Part shown: positions 42,029 through 50,380 of the stretch, piece after piece
Layout: each line of letters begins with the position of its first letter
Numbering within the stretch: the first letter of the stretch is position 1
DNA from: an uncultured Actinomycetes bacterium
Lineage (GTDB): Bacteria; Actinomycetota; Thermoleophilia; RBG-16-64-13
Assembly (NCBI GenBank): GCA_963841735.1
Contig: CAWJDT010000001.1
Coordinates: forward strand, 512,001-576,000
Reading direction: 5' to 3'
DNA: 64,000 bases
Program-made: the position numbers and the translations under genes
The notes under the pieces: generated by a model
Seen by the model: only the letters and a program-made list of their open reading frames with translations
Database searches by the model: none
Told to the model about the DNA's origin: nothing

Positions 42029-42316
42029 ATGATCCCCGAGAACCGCATACCTACGCATCCCGGCGTGATTCTCAGCCGAGAGTATCTCGCGCCCCTGGGC
42101 ATATCGCAGGTGGCTCTTGCCGCTCACCTAGGGATCCCAGTACAGAGGGTGAATGAACTCGTTCGAGGCAAGCGCGGGGTCACCCCTGCGACCGCCTGGC
42201 TGCTCTCGCAAGCGCTCGATACAACCCCGGAGCTTTGGCTCAACCTCCAAAACGCACACGACCTGGCCCGGAGCCGCCCAGACCAACCGGTTGCACGAAT
42301 CGCCGCGGCCGGCTGA
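42029..42316 (+). CDS. higA: HigA antitoxin (XRE HTH)
   Basis: PTHPGVIL..EYL, RVNELVRGKRGVT, WLNLQ; RBS GGAGG before ATG 42029. Confidence 0.93.
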   Translation: MIPENRIPTHPGVILSREYLAPLGISQVALAAHLGIPVQRVNELVRGKRGVTPATAWLLSQALDTTPELWLNLQNAHDLARSRPDQPVARIAAAG

Positions 42317-42369
42317 GCGCCTGCCTCCGTACTGGCAACTGGTGACCATGCTCAAGGAGGTGGATCGAA

Positions 42370-42567
42370 ATGCTCTCCAACCAGATCAAACCGATCAGCT
42401 ATCTCAAGGCCAAGGCCGTCCCCCAAAACATCGCCGGCTACGAGCAGACTCAGGAGACTCTCGCCCTACTCAGGATACTGGCCCTGGGTCTTGACCAGGT
42501 CGAGGAGGGCCGGACACGTCCTGCCTCGGAGGTGATCGACCAACTGCGCGAGCAGCTGGGAGCCTAG
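42370..42567 (+). pseudogene. Phd/YefM antitoxin with an in-frame internal deletion
   Basis: IKPISYLKA is joined directly to KAV.Q....YE..QETLALLRILALG; the usual central segment (about 25-30 aa including ITQNG) is missing. Junction AAGGCC-AAGGCC; RBS AAGGAGGT intact. Confidence 0.7.
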
Positions 42568-42569
42568 CA

Positions 42570-42650
42570 ATGCAGCTCGCCGTACTGCTGGTCACCGACG
42601 GGCGCCGCGATCTGCGGACCCTGCTGCAGCGCCGCCTCCTAGCGCCCTGA
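42570..42650 (+). pseudogene. RelE/ParE toxin remnant (26 aa: N-terminus fused to C-terminus)
   Basis: Not in the ORF track. MQLAVLL|VTDGRRDLRTLLQRRLLAP*; the DGRRD..TLL.RRLL tail is typical of the ParE toxins paired with this Phd subfamily. Confidence 0.7.
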
Positions 42651-42699
42651 CCTTGGGCAGGCAGGAGACTCTGCCGCCTCCGCGAATCATTCCGTTAGC

Positions 42700-44103
42700 A
42701 TGGCGCCGGTAACCTACCCTTCTCTCCAGATAACGCCCGAATCCGGGACGATGGTGTGCGCCGGTGACGTCCAGGAACTTCTGGACACTTCCTTTCCCCA
42801 GAAGTGCGAATGCAGGCCGGTAAAGGTGCTCCATGTGGTGGGCACCCGCCCCAACTTCATGAAGATGGCCGCCATCATCACAGCCGCCGAGCGGTGGAAC
42901 TGCGCCCTCGACACCCCCGGAGCCCTCGCCCCAGACGGCCCAGACGGCCCGCGGCCAATGCTCCCTGAGGTCGCTCGGGTGCGTTTTGAGCAGGTGCTCG
43001 TACACACCGGGCAGCATTACGACGAGAAGATGTGCAAGGTATTCTTCGATGACCTCGGACTCCCCCGGCCCGACTACGACTTGGGGGTCGGCTCCGGAAG
43101 CCAGATCCGCCAGACGGCCGGCATCATGCTTGCGTTGGAGCCGGTGCTAGAAGAAGTGATGCCCGACCTTGTAGTCACCGTGGGTGACGTCAATTCCACT
43201 CTGGCGGCCGCCCTCGTGGCCGGCAAATCGCGCATCCCGGTGGCGCATGTGGAGGCTGGGCTGCGAAGCGGCGATTGGGGCATGCCCGAGGAGCTCAACC
43301 GCGTACTGGTGGACCAGCTTTCCGACCTGCTGCTCACCTCCTCCGACGACGCCGAGGCCAACCTCATCGCCGAAGGCATCCCGGCCAGCCGCATCCATTT
43401 TGTGGGCAACACCATGATCGACACGCTCGACACCCACATTGCCGCGGCGCTGGAAAGAACCCTAACCGGCGGCCTCCAGCTCACCGACGCGGGTTACGCC
43501 GTCATGACGCTGCACCGTCCGTCGAACGTGGACGAACGGGAGGGTCTGCACCGGCTCGTACAGCTCCTTTTGGCCATCGCCCAACGCCTTCCGGTGGTGT
43601 TTCCTGTGCATGCGCGCACCAGAGAGAGGCTGCGCAACTTCGGCCTCGAAGCCGCACTGGAGCGCAACCCCTCAGTCGTCTTGTGCGAGCCCTTGGGCTA
43701 TCGCGACTTCCTTAGTCTGCTGGCCAGAGCAAGGCTGGTTCTCACCGATTCGGGGGGAGTGCAAGAAGAGACCACGGTGCTGGGAGTGCCCTGTCTTACC
43801 CTCCGCCACAATACCGAGCGACCGGTAACCGTCACCGAGGGGACCAACCGCTTGGTAAATCCCGACGATATCGAGGCCGCTGTTGCCGCGGCGGATGACA
43901 TCCTTTCCGCTCCCATGCCGCAACTACGCCGGCCGGCGCTGTGGGACGGCCATGCCGGCGACCGGATCGCCCGGGTGATCGCCGAATGGGCGGCAGCGGG
44001 TGGAGGCAGGGGCTCCAAGCAGGTCCGCGACCCCGAACTCGTGCTCACCGAGCTGGCCGACTCAGGTGCCGAGGTGAACGCCGAAGCCGAAGCCCAGGCC
44101 TGA
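42700..44103 (+). CDS. wecB: UDP-N-acetylglucosamine 2-epimerase (non-hydrolysing)
   Basis: VVGTRPNFMK, VHTGQHYD, VGDVNST, HVEAGLRS, PEELNR, TLHRPSNVD, TDSGGVQEE, TERP, LWDG. The true start may be ATG 42810, one base out of frame. Confidence 0.93.
   Translation: MAPVTYPSLQITPESGTMVCAGDVQELLDTSFPQKCECRPVKVLHVVGTRPNFMKMAAIITAAERWNCALDTPGALAPDGPDGPRPMLPEVARVRFEQVLVHTGQHYDEKMCKVFFDDLGLPRPDYDLGVGSGSQIRQTAGIMLALEPVLEEVMPDLVVTVGDVNSTLAAALVAGKSRIPVAHVEAGLRSGDWGMPEELNRVLVDQLSDLLLTSSDDAEANLIAEGIPASRIHFVGNTMIDTLDTHIAAALERTLTGGLQLTDAGYAVMTLHRPSNVDEREGLHRLVQLLLAIAQRLPVVFPVHARTRERLRNFGLEAALERNPSVVLCEPLGYRDFLSLLARARLVLTDSGGVQEETTVLGVPCLTLRHNTERPVTVTEGTNRLVNPDDIEAAVAAADDILSAPMPQLRRPALWDGHAGDRIARVIAEWAAAGGGRGSKQVRDPELVLTELADSGAEVNAEAEAQA
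43970..44033 (+). repeat. 64-bp direct repeat, copy 1 (3' end of wecB)
   Basis: CCCGGGTGATCGCCGAATGGGCGGCAGCGGGTGGAGGCAGGGGCTCCAAGCAGGTCCGCGACCC; 63/64 identical to 44940-45003. Confidence 0.95.
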
Positions 44104-44146
44104 GACCAGTAGCGCCGCGCGGAGAGTGACGGTGCCTGGCGGAGCC

Positions 44147-44557
44147 CTACGTATACCCCTCCAACGAGCGCGCCACCGCCGGCGCCCGGGCGAGCACCGT
44201 CCGATCCTCGGTCACCAGGACGCTCTGCAGGGCAAGAGCAACAGCCACATATTGGGCGTCGTAGGCACTGAGGTCGAGATCCATGGCAACGCCGACAACG
44301 GCCTCCGGATCCACGTCCACCTCGCGGCCGGAGAGAAGAGCCAGGCCGGTACCCACAAGAGCGAGACATTCTTCCCGAGAGAAACCGCCCGCCCGCTGGT
44401 AGGTGGCGCACACGTTCATGAACTCGTGGCGGAGGATGCCGGGACACACCCAGTCCGGATGCAGTTCATGCAATCGGCGCGCGGCGGAACTCTTCTCGCC
44501 GTCGAGGAGCATATAGACGAACACGTTTGCATCCACAACGAGCGGAGGGGCTTCCAT
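44147..44557 (-). CDS. vapC: PIN-domain toxin (VapC/FitB)
   Basis: LVVDANV, HEFMNV, LSAYDAQYVAVA, LVTED. Confidence 0.9.
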   Translation of the reverse strand: MEAPPLVVDANVFVYMLLDGEKSSAARRLHELHPDWVCPGILRHEFMNVCATYQRAGGFSREECLALVGTGLALLSGREVDVDPEAVVGVAMDLDLSAYDAQYVAVALALQSVLVTEDRTVLARAPAVARSLEGYT

Positions 44558-44571
44558 CTCTGCCCGCGGCC

Positions 44572-44787
44572 CTACTCGCGGCCGGTGCGCCGGGCTTCGT
44601 CGAGCCAGTCCTGGGTCACTGGGAAGGCGCCCTTCACCGGGGGAGGCAATGTGTACCCGGACGGAGTCACGGAGTCTTCGAGAATGGTGATCACCTCTTT
44701 GTTCACGGAACGATGATGCTGCCCGGCCCGCTCTTTCAGGAGCCGGTGGATCTCCGGAGAGAGGTCTCTGATCACCAGGGTGGGCAT
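44572..44787 (-). CDS. FitA-like ribbon-helix-helix antitoxin
   Basis: MPTLVIRDLSPEIHRLLKERAGQHHRSVNKEVITILE. Confidence 0.88.
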   Translation of the reverse strand: MPTLVIRDLSPEIHRLLKERAGQHHRSVNKEVITILEDSVTPSGYTLPPPVKGAFPVTQDWLDEARRTGRE

Positions 44788-44816
44788 GAACATGTTCGCC
44801 TTTCTCGCCGTGCCGC

Positions 44817-44843
44817 TGCTATTATGCTAGCACTATGCTACCA
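44817..44843 (-). promoter_or_regulatory. FitA-type operator boxes overlapping a -10 element
   Basis: TGCTATTA (44817), TGCTAGCA (44825) and TGCTACCA (44836) resemble the TGCTATCA half-site of FitAB; CATAAT on the minus strand. Confidence 0.65.
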
Positions 44844-44939
44844 CATTGTCGGTCGCGCGACGCACCTCAGCCTACGCGCCCGCCGGCCACCTGTCTCTCC
44901 AACCAAGGTTGGAGCTTGGCGACAGTCCTCGCCCCACAC

Positions 44940-45013
44940 CCCGGGTGATCGCCGAATGGGCGGCAGCAGGTGGAGGCAGGGGCTCCAAGCAGGTCCGCGA
45001 CCCAGGCCTGAGA
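44940..45013 (+). repeat. 64-bp direct repeat, copy 2, running into the 13 bp that surround the wecB stop
   Basis: Matches 43970-44033, then CCCAGGCCTGAGA, identical to 44093-44105. Confidence 0.95.
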
Positions 45014-45148
45014 GCGACGGCGCGGACTCACAGGGCAGTTGGTGGTCGAAGGTATACTTCGTGGTGGTAGATCGCTGCCCTCGGCAAGATTACGCGAGGT
45101 CCTGGCGGATTCATTATCAGTACATCCCCTACCCCGCACGGAGTCGCC

Positions 45149-46786
45149 ATGTCTGACGTATCGGTAAGCCCATCCGGCGAGGTCTTCCCTCTGCCGAGCC
45201 ACCGAAGAGTACGCTGCGGAACTCAAGCGCGTGGAGACCCTGGCCCGCTCGGCCAAGGCCGAGGGCAAGGAAGTCGTCGTGGTCATGGGCGTCGGCTTTG
45301 TCGGAGCCGTCATGGCGGCCATCATCGCCGACGCCGAAGACGAGGCCGGCCGGCCGAACAAGTTCGTCGTGGGCTGCCAGCGGCCCAGCTCCCGCAGCTT
45401 CTGGAAGATCCCCCTCCTCAACCGCGGCGTGTCACCGGTCAAAGCCGAGGACCCCGAAGTCGACGCCATGATCTCTCGCTGCGTCCGAGACAAGAAGACC
45501 CTGACCGCGACCTTCAACAGCGACTGCCTCAAGTTTGCCGACTGCGTGGTGGTCGACGTCCAGTGCGACTACACCAAGCACAGCCTGGGCGACATGAAAA
45601 CCGGCGAGGTCGAGATGGCGGCTCTCGAGGCCACCATGAGGACCATCGGCGAGAAGGATCCCGCCGGACTGCCTCGTGGTGATCGAGACCACGGTGGCGC
45701 CCGGAACCACGGAGTTCGTCGCCTACCCCATCCTGAAGAAGGCCTTCCAGGCGCGCGGCATCGAGTCTCTTCCCCTTCTGGCCCACAGCTACGAGCGGGT
45801 CATGCCGGGTAAACAGTACGTAGCGTCCATCAGGGACTTCTGGCGGGTCTGCTCGGGGTGCAACGAGGAGGCCACCGAGCGGGTGGTCAAGTTCCTGAAC
45901 GAGGTCCTGAACACCAAGGACTTCCCGCTCACGGTCATGGATAGGCCCATCGAGAGCGAGACCACCAAGATCGTGGAGAACTCCTACCGCGCCACCATCC
46001 TTGCCTTCCTCGACGAGTGGAGCGTCTTCGCGGAGCGCAACGGAGTGGACCTCACCAAGGTCATCAAGGCCATCAAAGTCCGCCCGACGCACAGCAACAT
46101 GATCTTCCCGGGACCAGGCATCGGCGGCTACTGCCTGCCCAAGGACGGCGGCCTGGGCTTCTGGGCCTACAAACACATCTTGGGCTTCGAAGACGACATC
46201 TTCCGCATCACCACCGCCGCCATCGACATCAACGACACCCGGGCTCTGCATGTCGCGGAACTGACCAGGGATGCCCTGCGCAACATGGGACGCTACATCG
46301 CGGGAGCCCGCGTACTGCTCTGCGGCGCCAGCTACCGGGAGGACGTGGGTGACACCCGCTACAGCGGCTCGGAGCTCGTGGTCCGCAAGCTGACCGAGAT
46401 GGGCGCCGAGCTCAGCGTGCACGACCCGTACGTGGAGCACTGGTACGAGATGGAGACGCCGGACACCTATCCTGCTTCCGGGCAGTCACTCGCGCGCTTC
46501 TTCCGAAACCAGCAGGACCTGCCACGCCTGCGCGTGCAGAACGACCTCGCCGCCGCTCTAAAGGGCACGGAGGCTGTGGTCTTCGCGGTACGGCACTCGC
46601 CCTACCTTGACCTGGAGCCCGACCAGGTGGTCGAGTGGGCCGGGTCGTAAGCCGGCGGTGATCGACTGCTTCGGTATCCTGGACGACGCCAAGATCCGCA
46701 GGTACTTCGAATTGGGTTGCGAGGTCAAGGCTTTGGGCCGAGGACACATCCAGAGGATCAAGGAAGAGGTGCGGAAGGGGCGGTGA
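45149..46786 (+). CDS. Nucleotide-sugar dehydrogenase (long UDP-glucose/GDP-mannose DH family form); frameshifts near 45205, 45660 and 46648
   Basis: VMGVGFVG, VDVQCDY, IETTVAPGTT, HSYERVMPG, KIVENSYRA, PGPGIGGYCLPKD, SYREDVGDTRYS; tail VIDCFGILDD..KALGRGHI..KGR*. Confidence 0.87.
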
Positions 46787-46938
46787 GCCTCCCGGCGAGG
46801 TGACCATTCGACCCCTGGAGAAAACCATGCCATGATAAGCTCCATTGCATCTTCAACGGGAATCGCGTTTACCGGCCTTGGGCTCGGCTGGATTGCCAGA
46901 ATAGACGTTGTCTACGGCCTGGCAAGCGTGTCCGTTGA

Positions 46939-47094
46939 CGGAGCTATATAGACGTGTGCCTGGATGAACGCCTCGGCGATCCCGGTGACCAGAACGACAC
47001 AACCTACTCCCTGGACGAGAAATGGCACCTGAACGACGAGGGCTACACCATCGTGGCAGAAATCGTGAAAGCGGCGACAAGGAACATGCCGTGA
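46939..47094 (+). pseudogene. C-terminal remnant of an SGNH/GDSL hydrolase
   Basis: Start-less frame YIDVCLDERLGDPGDQNDTTYSLDEKWHLNDEGYTIVAEIVKAA resembles SGNH block V (D..H.N..GY). Confidence 0.55.
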
Positions 47095-47158
47095 GTTCCT
47101 TTCGTGGCTTCAAAGTATCCGCTCGGACCGTCAGCTCTGCTGTGATGACTTTCCGGCC

Positions 47159-48202
47159 GTGACTGACGAATCACTAACCAACGTTGTGTTGCTGTTTGAA
47201 GACGACAGCGGCAGACGCAACGAGGGACGACTCAACCTGTCATGGAGCCTTGCTGAATCTCTGGAGCGCCATGGAGGTCATTTCGCCGCTGTGCCTTCTC
47301 TGGGAAAGCACCGGGGGAGTTGGCGCGGAGCAGGCAGCCGCTGCATCGGAGCGATACAAGGAGCGAGGAGGTTGAGACACTCGGCCAATCAACGGCCAAG
47401 CACCTTGATCTACATCCCTGACTCTTCGCTTTCTCTGGGCGGCACCCTGCGCGGACTTCTGTACCGCGCTCTAACAAGATCAAAGGGACTGACTCTTGTC
47501 GCCGCTCAACGCAACAACGAACGTGCCGCTGTCGCGTACCTGATTAGGTGGAGCGGTGCCATGGTGGCAACGCTTGACTCCTCTCACGCCGCAGACCTGC
47601 AAAAGGGTGGCGTTTTCGCTCGCAGCTTCGTCCCTGGAGTCGATCGCTCCCGATTCCGACCGCGCAGCGAGCCGGAGACAAGTGCCGCGAAGACCGCTCT
47701 CGGACTGCGAAGCGATGACCGCTGTGCGCTGCATGTGGGCCACCTGAACAGACAACGGCACCTGGACATCATGGCTACCCTTGCCAGCGCTTGTGACGCG
47801 CGGGCGGTCATGGTCTCGGGCTCGGCCGTTGCTGCGGACGACTCCGTCGCCAAGGAACTGCTTGATGCTGGCGTGCTACTGGTCAGAGAGGACTTCGCAG
47901 ACATTAGAGATGCATATTGCGCGGCGGATGTCTACGTGTTTCCCACCTTGCCGGGGGGTGGCGCCATAGCATTTCCTCTTTCGGTGCTCGAGGCGTTGTC
48001 CGTAGGCATACCAGTGGTCTCCACGCCCTTTAACGATCTGCCACGGGCGTTCCCCGAGGGGGCCGGGGTGCACTATGCCCTTGCGGCCGACGAGTTTGTG
48101 CGCAAGGTGAGCGACATTTTGGCGGCAGATACACCCCCTTCGATCGACAACGACCGTCTGCGCTCCTGGGACGAGGTTCTGGAGGACATAGTCCGTGGCT
48201 AG
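47159..48202 (+). CDS. Glycosyltransferase family 4 (divergent)
   Basis: PGVDRSRF, LHVGHL, ADVYVFP, PLSVLEALSVGIPVVST. Confidence 0.85.
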   Translation: MTDESLTNVVLLFEDDSGRRNEGRLNLSWSLAESLERHGGHFAAVPSLGKHRGSWRGAGSRCIGAIQGARRLRHSANQRPSTLIYIPDSSLSLGGTLRGLLYRALTRSKGLTLVAAQRNNERAAVAYLIRWSGAMVATLDSSHAADLQKGGVFARSFVPGVDRSRFRPRSEPETSAAKTALGLRSDDRCALHVGHLNRQRHLDIMATLASACDARAVMVSGSAVAADDSVAKELLDAGVLLVREDFADIRDAYCAADVYVFPTLPGGGAIAFPLSVLEALSVGIPVVSTPFNDLPRAFPEGAGVHYALAADEFVRKVSDILAADTPPSIDNDRLRSWDEVLEDIVRG

Positions 48203-48881
48203 ACGAGAACGAACGATCATCGTGTTTTGCGGCGGCGATGGGACGGGGAAGTCCACTCAGGCCAAGCTGCTGGTGGATCACCTCAACGAGACCGGCGCAC
48301 CCGCCGCGGTAATATGGAATCGATGGGAGCCACGCGTTGTCGGGCTAGTCATGAAGACTGCCCGGCGGATCTCAGGGCTTGCCCATTCGAGTCAGGCGGG
48401 TGAGGAGGTCGGCGACCAGGTCGCAAGTGCCGTGGCAAGCAGACCGGTCGTGGCCCAGGTCTTCTCCAGGGTGTCCTGGTTTGAGTACCTCATGCAGACT
48501 CGGTCGCGCTTGTTGCGCCAAGGTCGAGGCGCTCACGTGGTTGTCTTTGATCGATACGTTGTGGACATGGTCGTGGACCGTGCCCGGCGTCTCGGCTGGA
48601 GCGACGCCTACATAGCCGCCGAACTGGAGCGAGCCTATCGCCGAGGTTTCCCCCGACCTGCGGTGAGCATCTTCTTCGACGCACCGCCGGCCGTCCTGGT
48701 CGAGCGCCGGCCGGAAGAGCGACCGCAGGGGTTGGCCGAGAGATCCGCACTCTACGCCCGAGTGGCAAAGCTTCTGGGGGCCCCGGTCGTCAATACTGCC
48801 GACAGCATCGAGTCAACTGCTGAACGCATCTGGGAGATAGTCAAGTCTGGCGCCGCGCGGGAAACGAAGGTGTCACATTGA
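48195..48881 (+). CDS. Thymidylate-kinase-like P-loop protein
   Basis: IVFCGGDGTGKSTQA (P-loop), VVFDRY, P.P...FFDAPP; carries an insertion relative to housekeeping Tmk. Confidence 0.8.
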   Translation: MARRERTIIVFCGGDGTGKSTQAKLLVDHLNETGAPAAVIWNRWEPRVVGLVMKTARRISGLAHSSQAGEEVGDQVASAVASRPVVAQVFSRVSWFEYLMQTRSRLLRQGRGAHVVVFDRYVVDMVVDRARRLGWSDAYIAAELERAYRRGFPRPAVSIFFDAPPAVLVERRPEERPQGLAERSALYARVAKLLGAPVVNTADSIESTAERIWEIVKSGAARETKVSH

Positions 48882-50344
48882 CCGCCAAACGCCAGTTGAT
48901 AGTCCTCGGAGTCGACGCTCTCGATTCAGACCTACTGCAGGCATTCGGACCTAGTCTGCCGCATATGAGCGAGCTGACTGAGGTCCGTTATTGGCCGATG
49001 TTCCCGCCCGACTCCGTGCCCGCTTGGGCAACCATACAGACGGGTTTACCTGCAGAACGTCACGGGCTGGTCACGAGTGGCGACTACCTCCGACTCTCTG
49101 TTGGCGCCGATGGTACGTGCACCTCGCCGCTCAAGGGCCGAACCTTCTACGACCGAGCGTCCGAGGCCGGCAAGAAGGTGGTAGTGGTAAACCCGTTCCT
49201 GGCCTATCCCGCATGGCCTCTCGCTGGTCTGATGGTTTCGGGACCCGCGTTCGCCATCGGCGGCCAGGTCGACACGTGGCCGCGCGAGGCCGCAACGCGG
49301 TGGGGCGGGTGCCCGATCGGTGGACTAACAGCTGACCCAACCCGCCGGACCAGATTAGCGTTCATGCAGCAATCTATCGCGGAGATCTCTGAGCTTGGGC
49401 GACGTTTTCTCAACGAGTTGCGCGGCCAGGACTGGGATTGTGCGTTCTTGACTCTTCTCTCCCTTGACCGAATCGAGCATTTCTTCTGGCGGTTCTGCGA
49501 CAAGAGCGACCCTGACTACCCGGGACCGACCGTCTACGAGAAGGCAATCGAGGTCGGCTACGCGGCTGTCGACGCCGTGGTTGGAACCATTCGCCAAGCG
49601 TTTCCTGAGGCCGCAATCCTCGTCCTCGGTGACCACGGCCATAGTCGAAGGCCAAAACAGCTCTTCGAGGTGGCTGAATGGCTGCGCAGACGCGGCCTGC
49701 TCCATGCAGCTCCAGTGCTCTCTTCCACCGCCATGGTCGAGCGAGCAAAGCGCACCGTGGTGACGACCTTGTCCCGATTGCACTTGGAGGACCTGACCAG
49801 GCTCCTAGCCAAGGCCGTCCCTCGCGCAGCCGAGTTGAAGAACTCGTCCTTCGCCGTTTCAAAGAGTCAGTCGCTTGTGGAGGTTTGCCCTTTCGGCCGC
49901 AACTCGTTCGGCGGTCTGCGAGTGAACAGAACCGAACCCGCAGAGCGGCGCGAGCTACTTGAACAACTGGCCGCGGATCTGGGTACGGTGATATCACCGT
50001 CCGGTGAGAGAATCGTCCGTTCCACCCGCATCGTTGAACGCAGCGAGGCCGACCGTTCCAGCGGCCTGGCCGACCTAGAGATGGAACTTCACCCTGGCTT
50101 CGGTGTGGGTACCGACCTCTACGGTGGCCTCTTCTCAGTGAGCCCCTATCGAAGGCACATATCCGGGGGCCACGCCATGTCAGCCGCGATGCTCTACGGC
50201 GGACCGATTCGAGCGACCAACAGCAGCTCCACACCCACGGTTGGCACTGTGGACATCGCGCCTACCGTTCTCGCGCTCCTCGGCATCGAGCACCCGGACG
50301 ACCTCCCGGGAATGAGCTTCCTCGATTGGCAACCAGACAGCTGA
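48878..50344 (+). CDS. Alkaline-phosphatase-superfamily protein (type I phosphodiesterase/NPP-like)
   Basis: VLGVDALD, PPDSVPAWATIQTG..HG, DRIEHFFW, GDHGH, SGGH, DIAPTVL. Confidence 0.85.
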   Translation: MTAKRQLIVLGVDALDSDLLQAFGPSLPHMSELTEVRYWPMFPPDSVPAWATIQTGLPAERHGLVTSGDYLRLSVGADGTCTSPLKGRTFYDRASEAGKKVVVVNPFLAYPAWPLAGLMVSGPAFAIGGQVDTWPREAATRWGGCPIGGLTADPTRRTRLAFMQQSIAEISELGRRFLNELRGQDWDCAFLTLLSLDRIEHFFWRFCDKSDPDYPGPTVYEKAIEVGYAAVDAVVGTIRQAFPEAAILVLGDHGHSRRPKQLFEVAEWLRRRGLLHAAPVLSSTAMVERAKRTVVTTLSRLHLEDLTRLLAKAVPRAAELKNSSFAVSKSQSLVEVCPFGRNSFGGLRVNRTEPAERRELLEQLAADLGTVISPSGERIVRSTRIVERSEADRSSGLADLEMELHPGFGVGTDLYGGLFSVSPYRRHISGGHAMSAAMLYGGPIRATNSSSTPTVGTVDIAPTVLALLGIEHPDDLPGMSFLDWQPDS

Positions 50345-50380
50345 TCCCCGGCCTTTTGCCTTCGGACGCCGCAAAGACAC

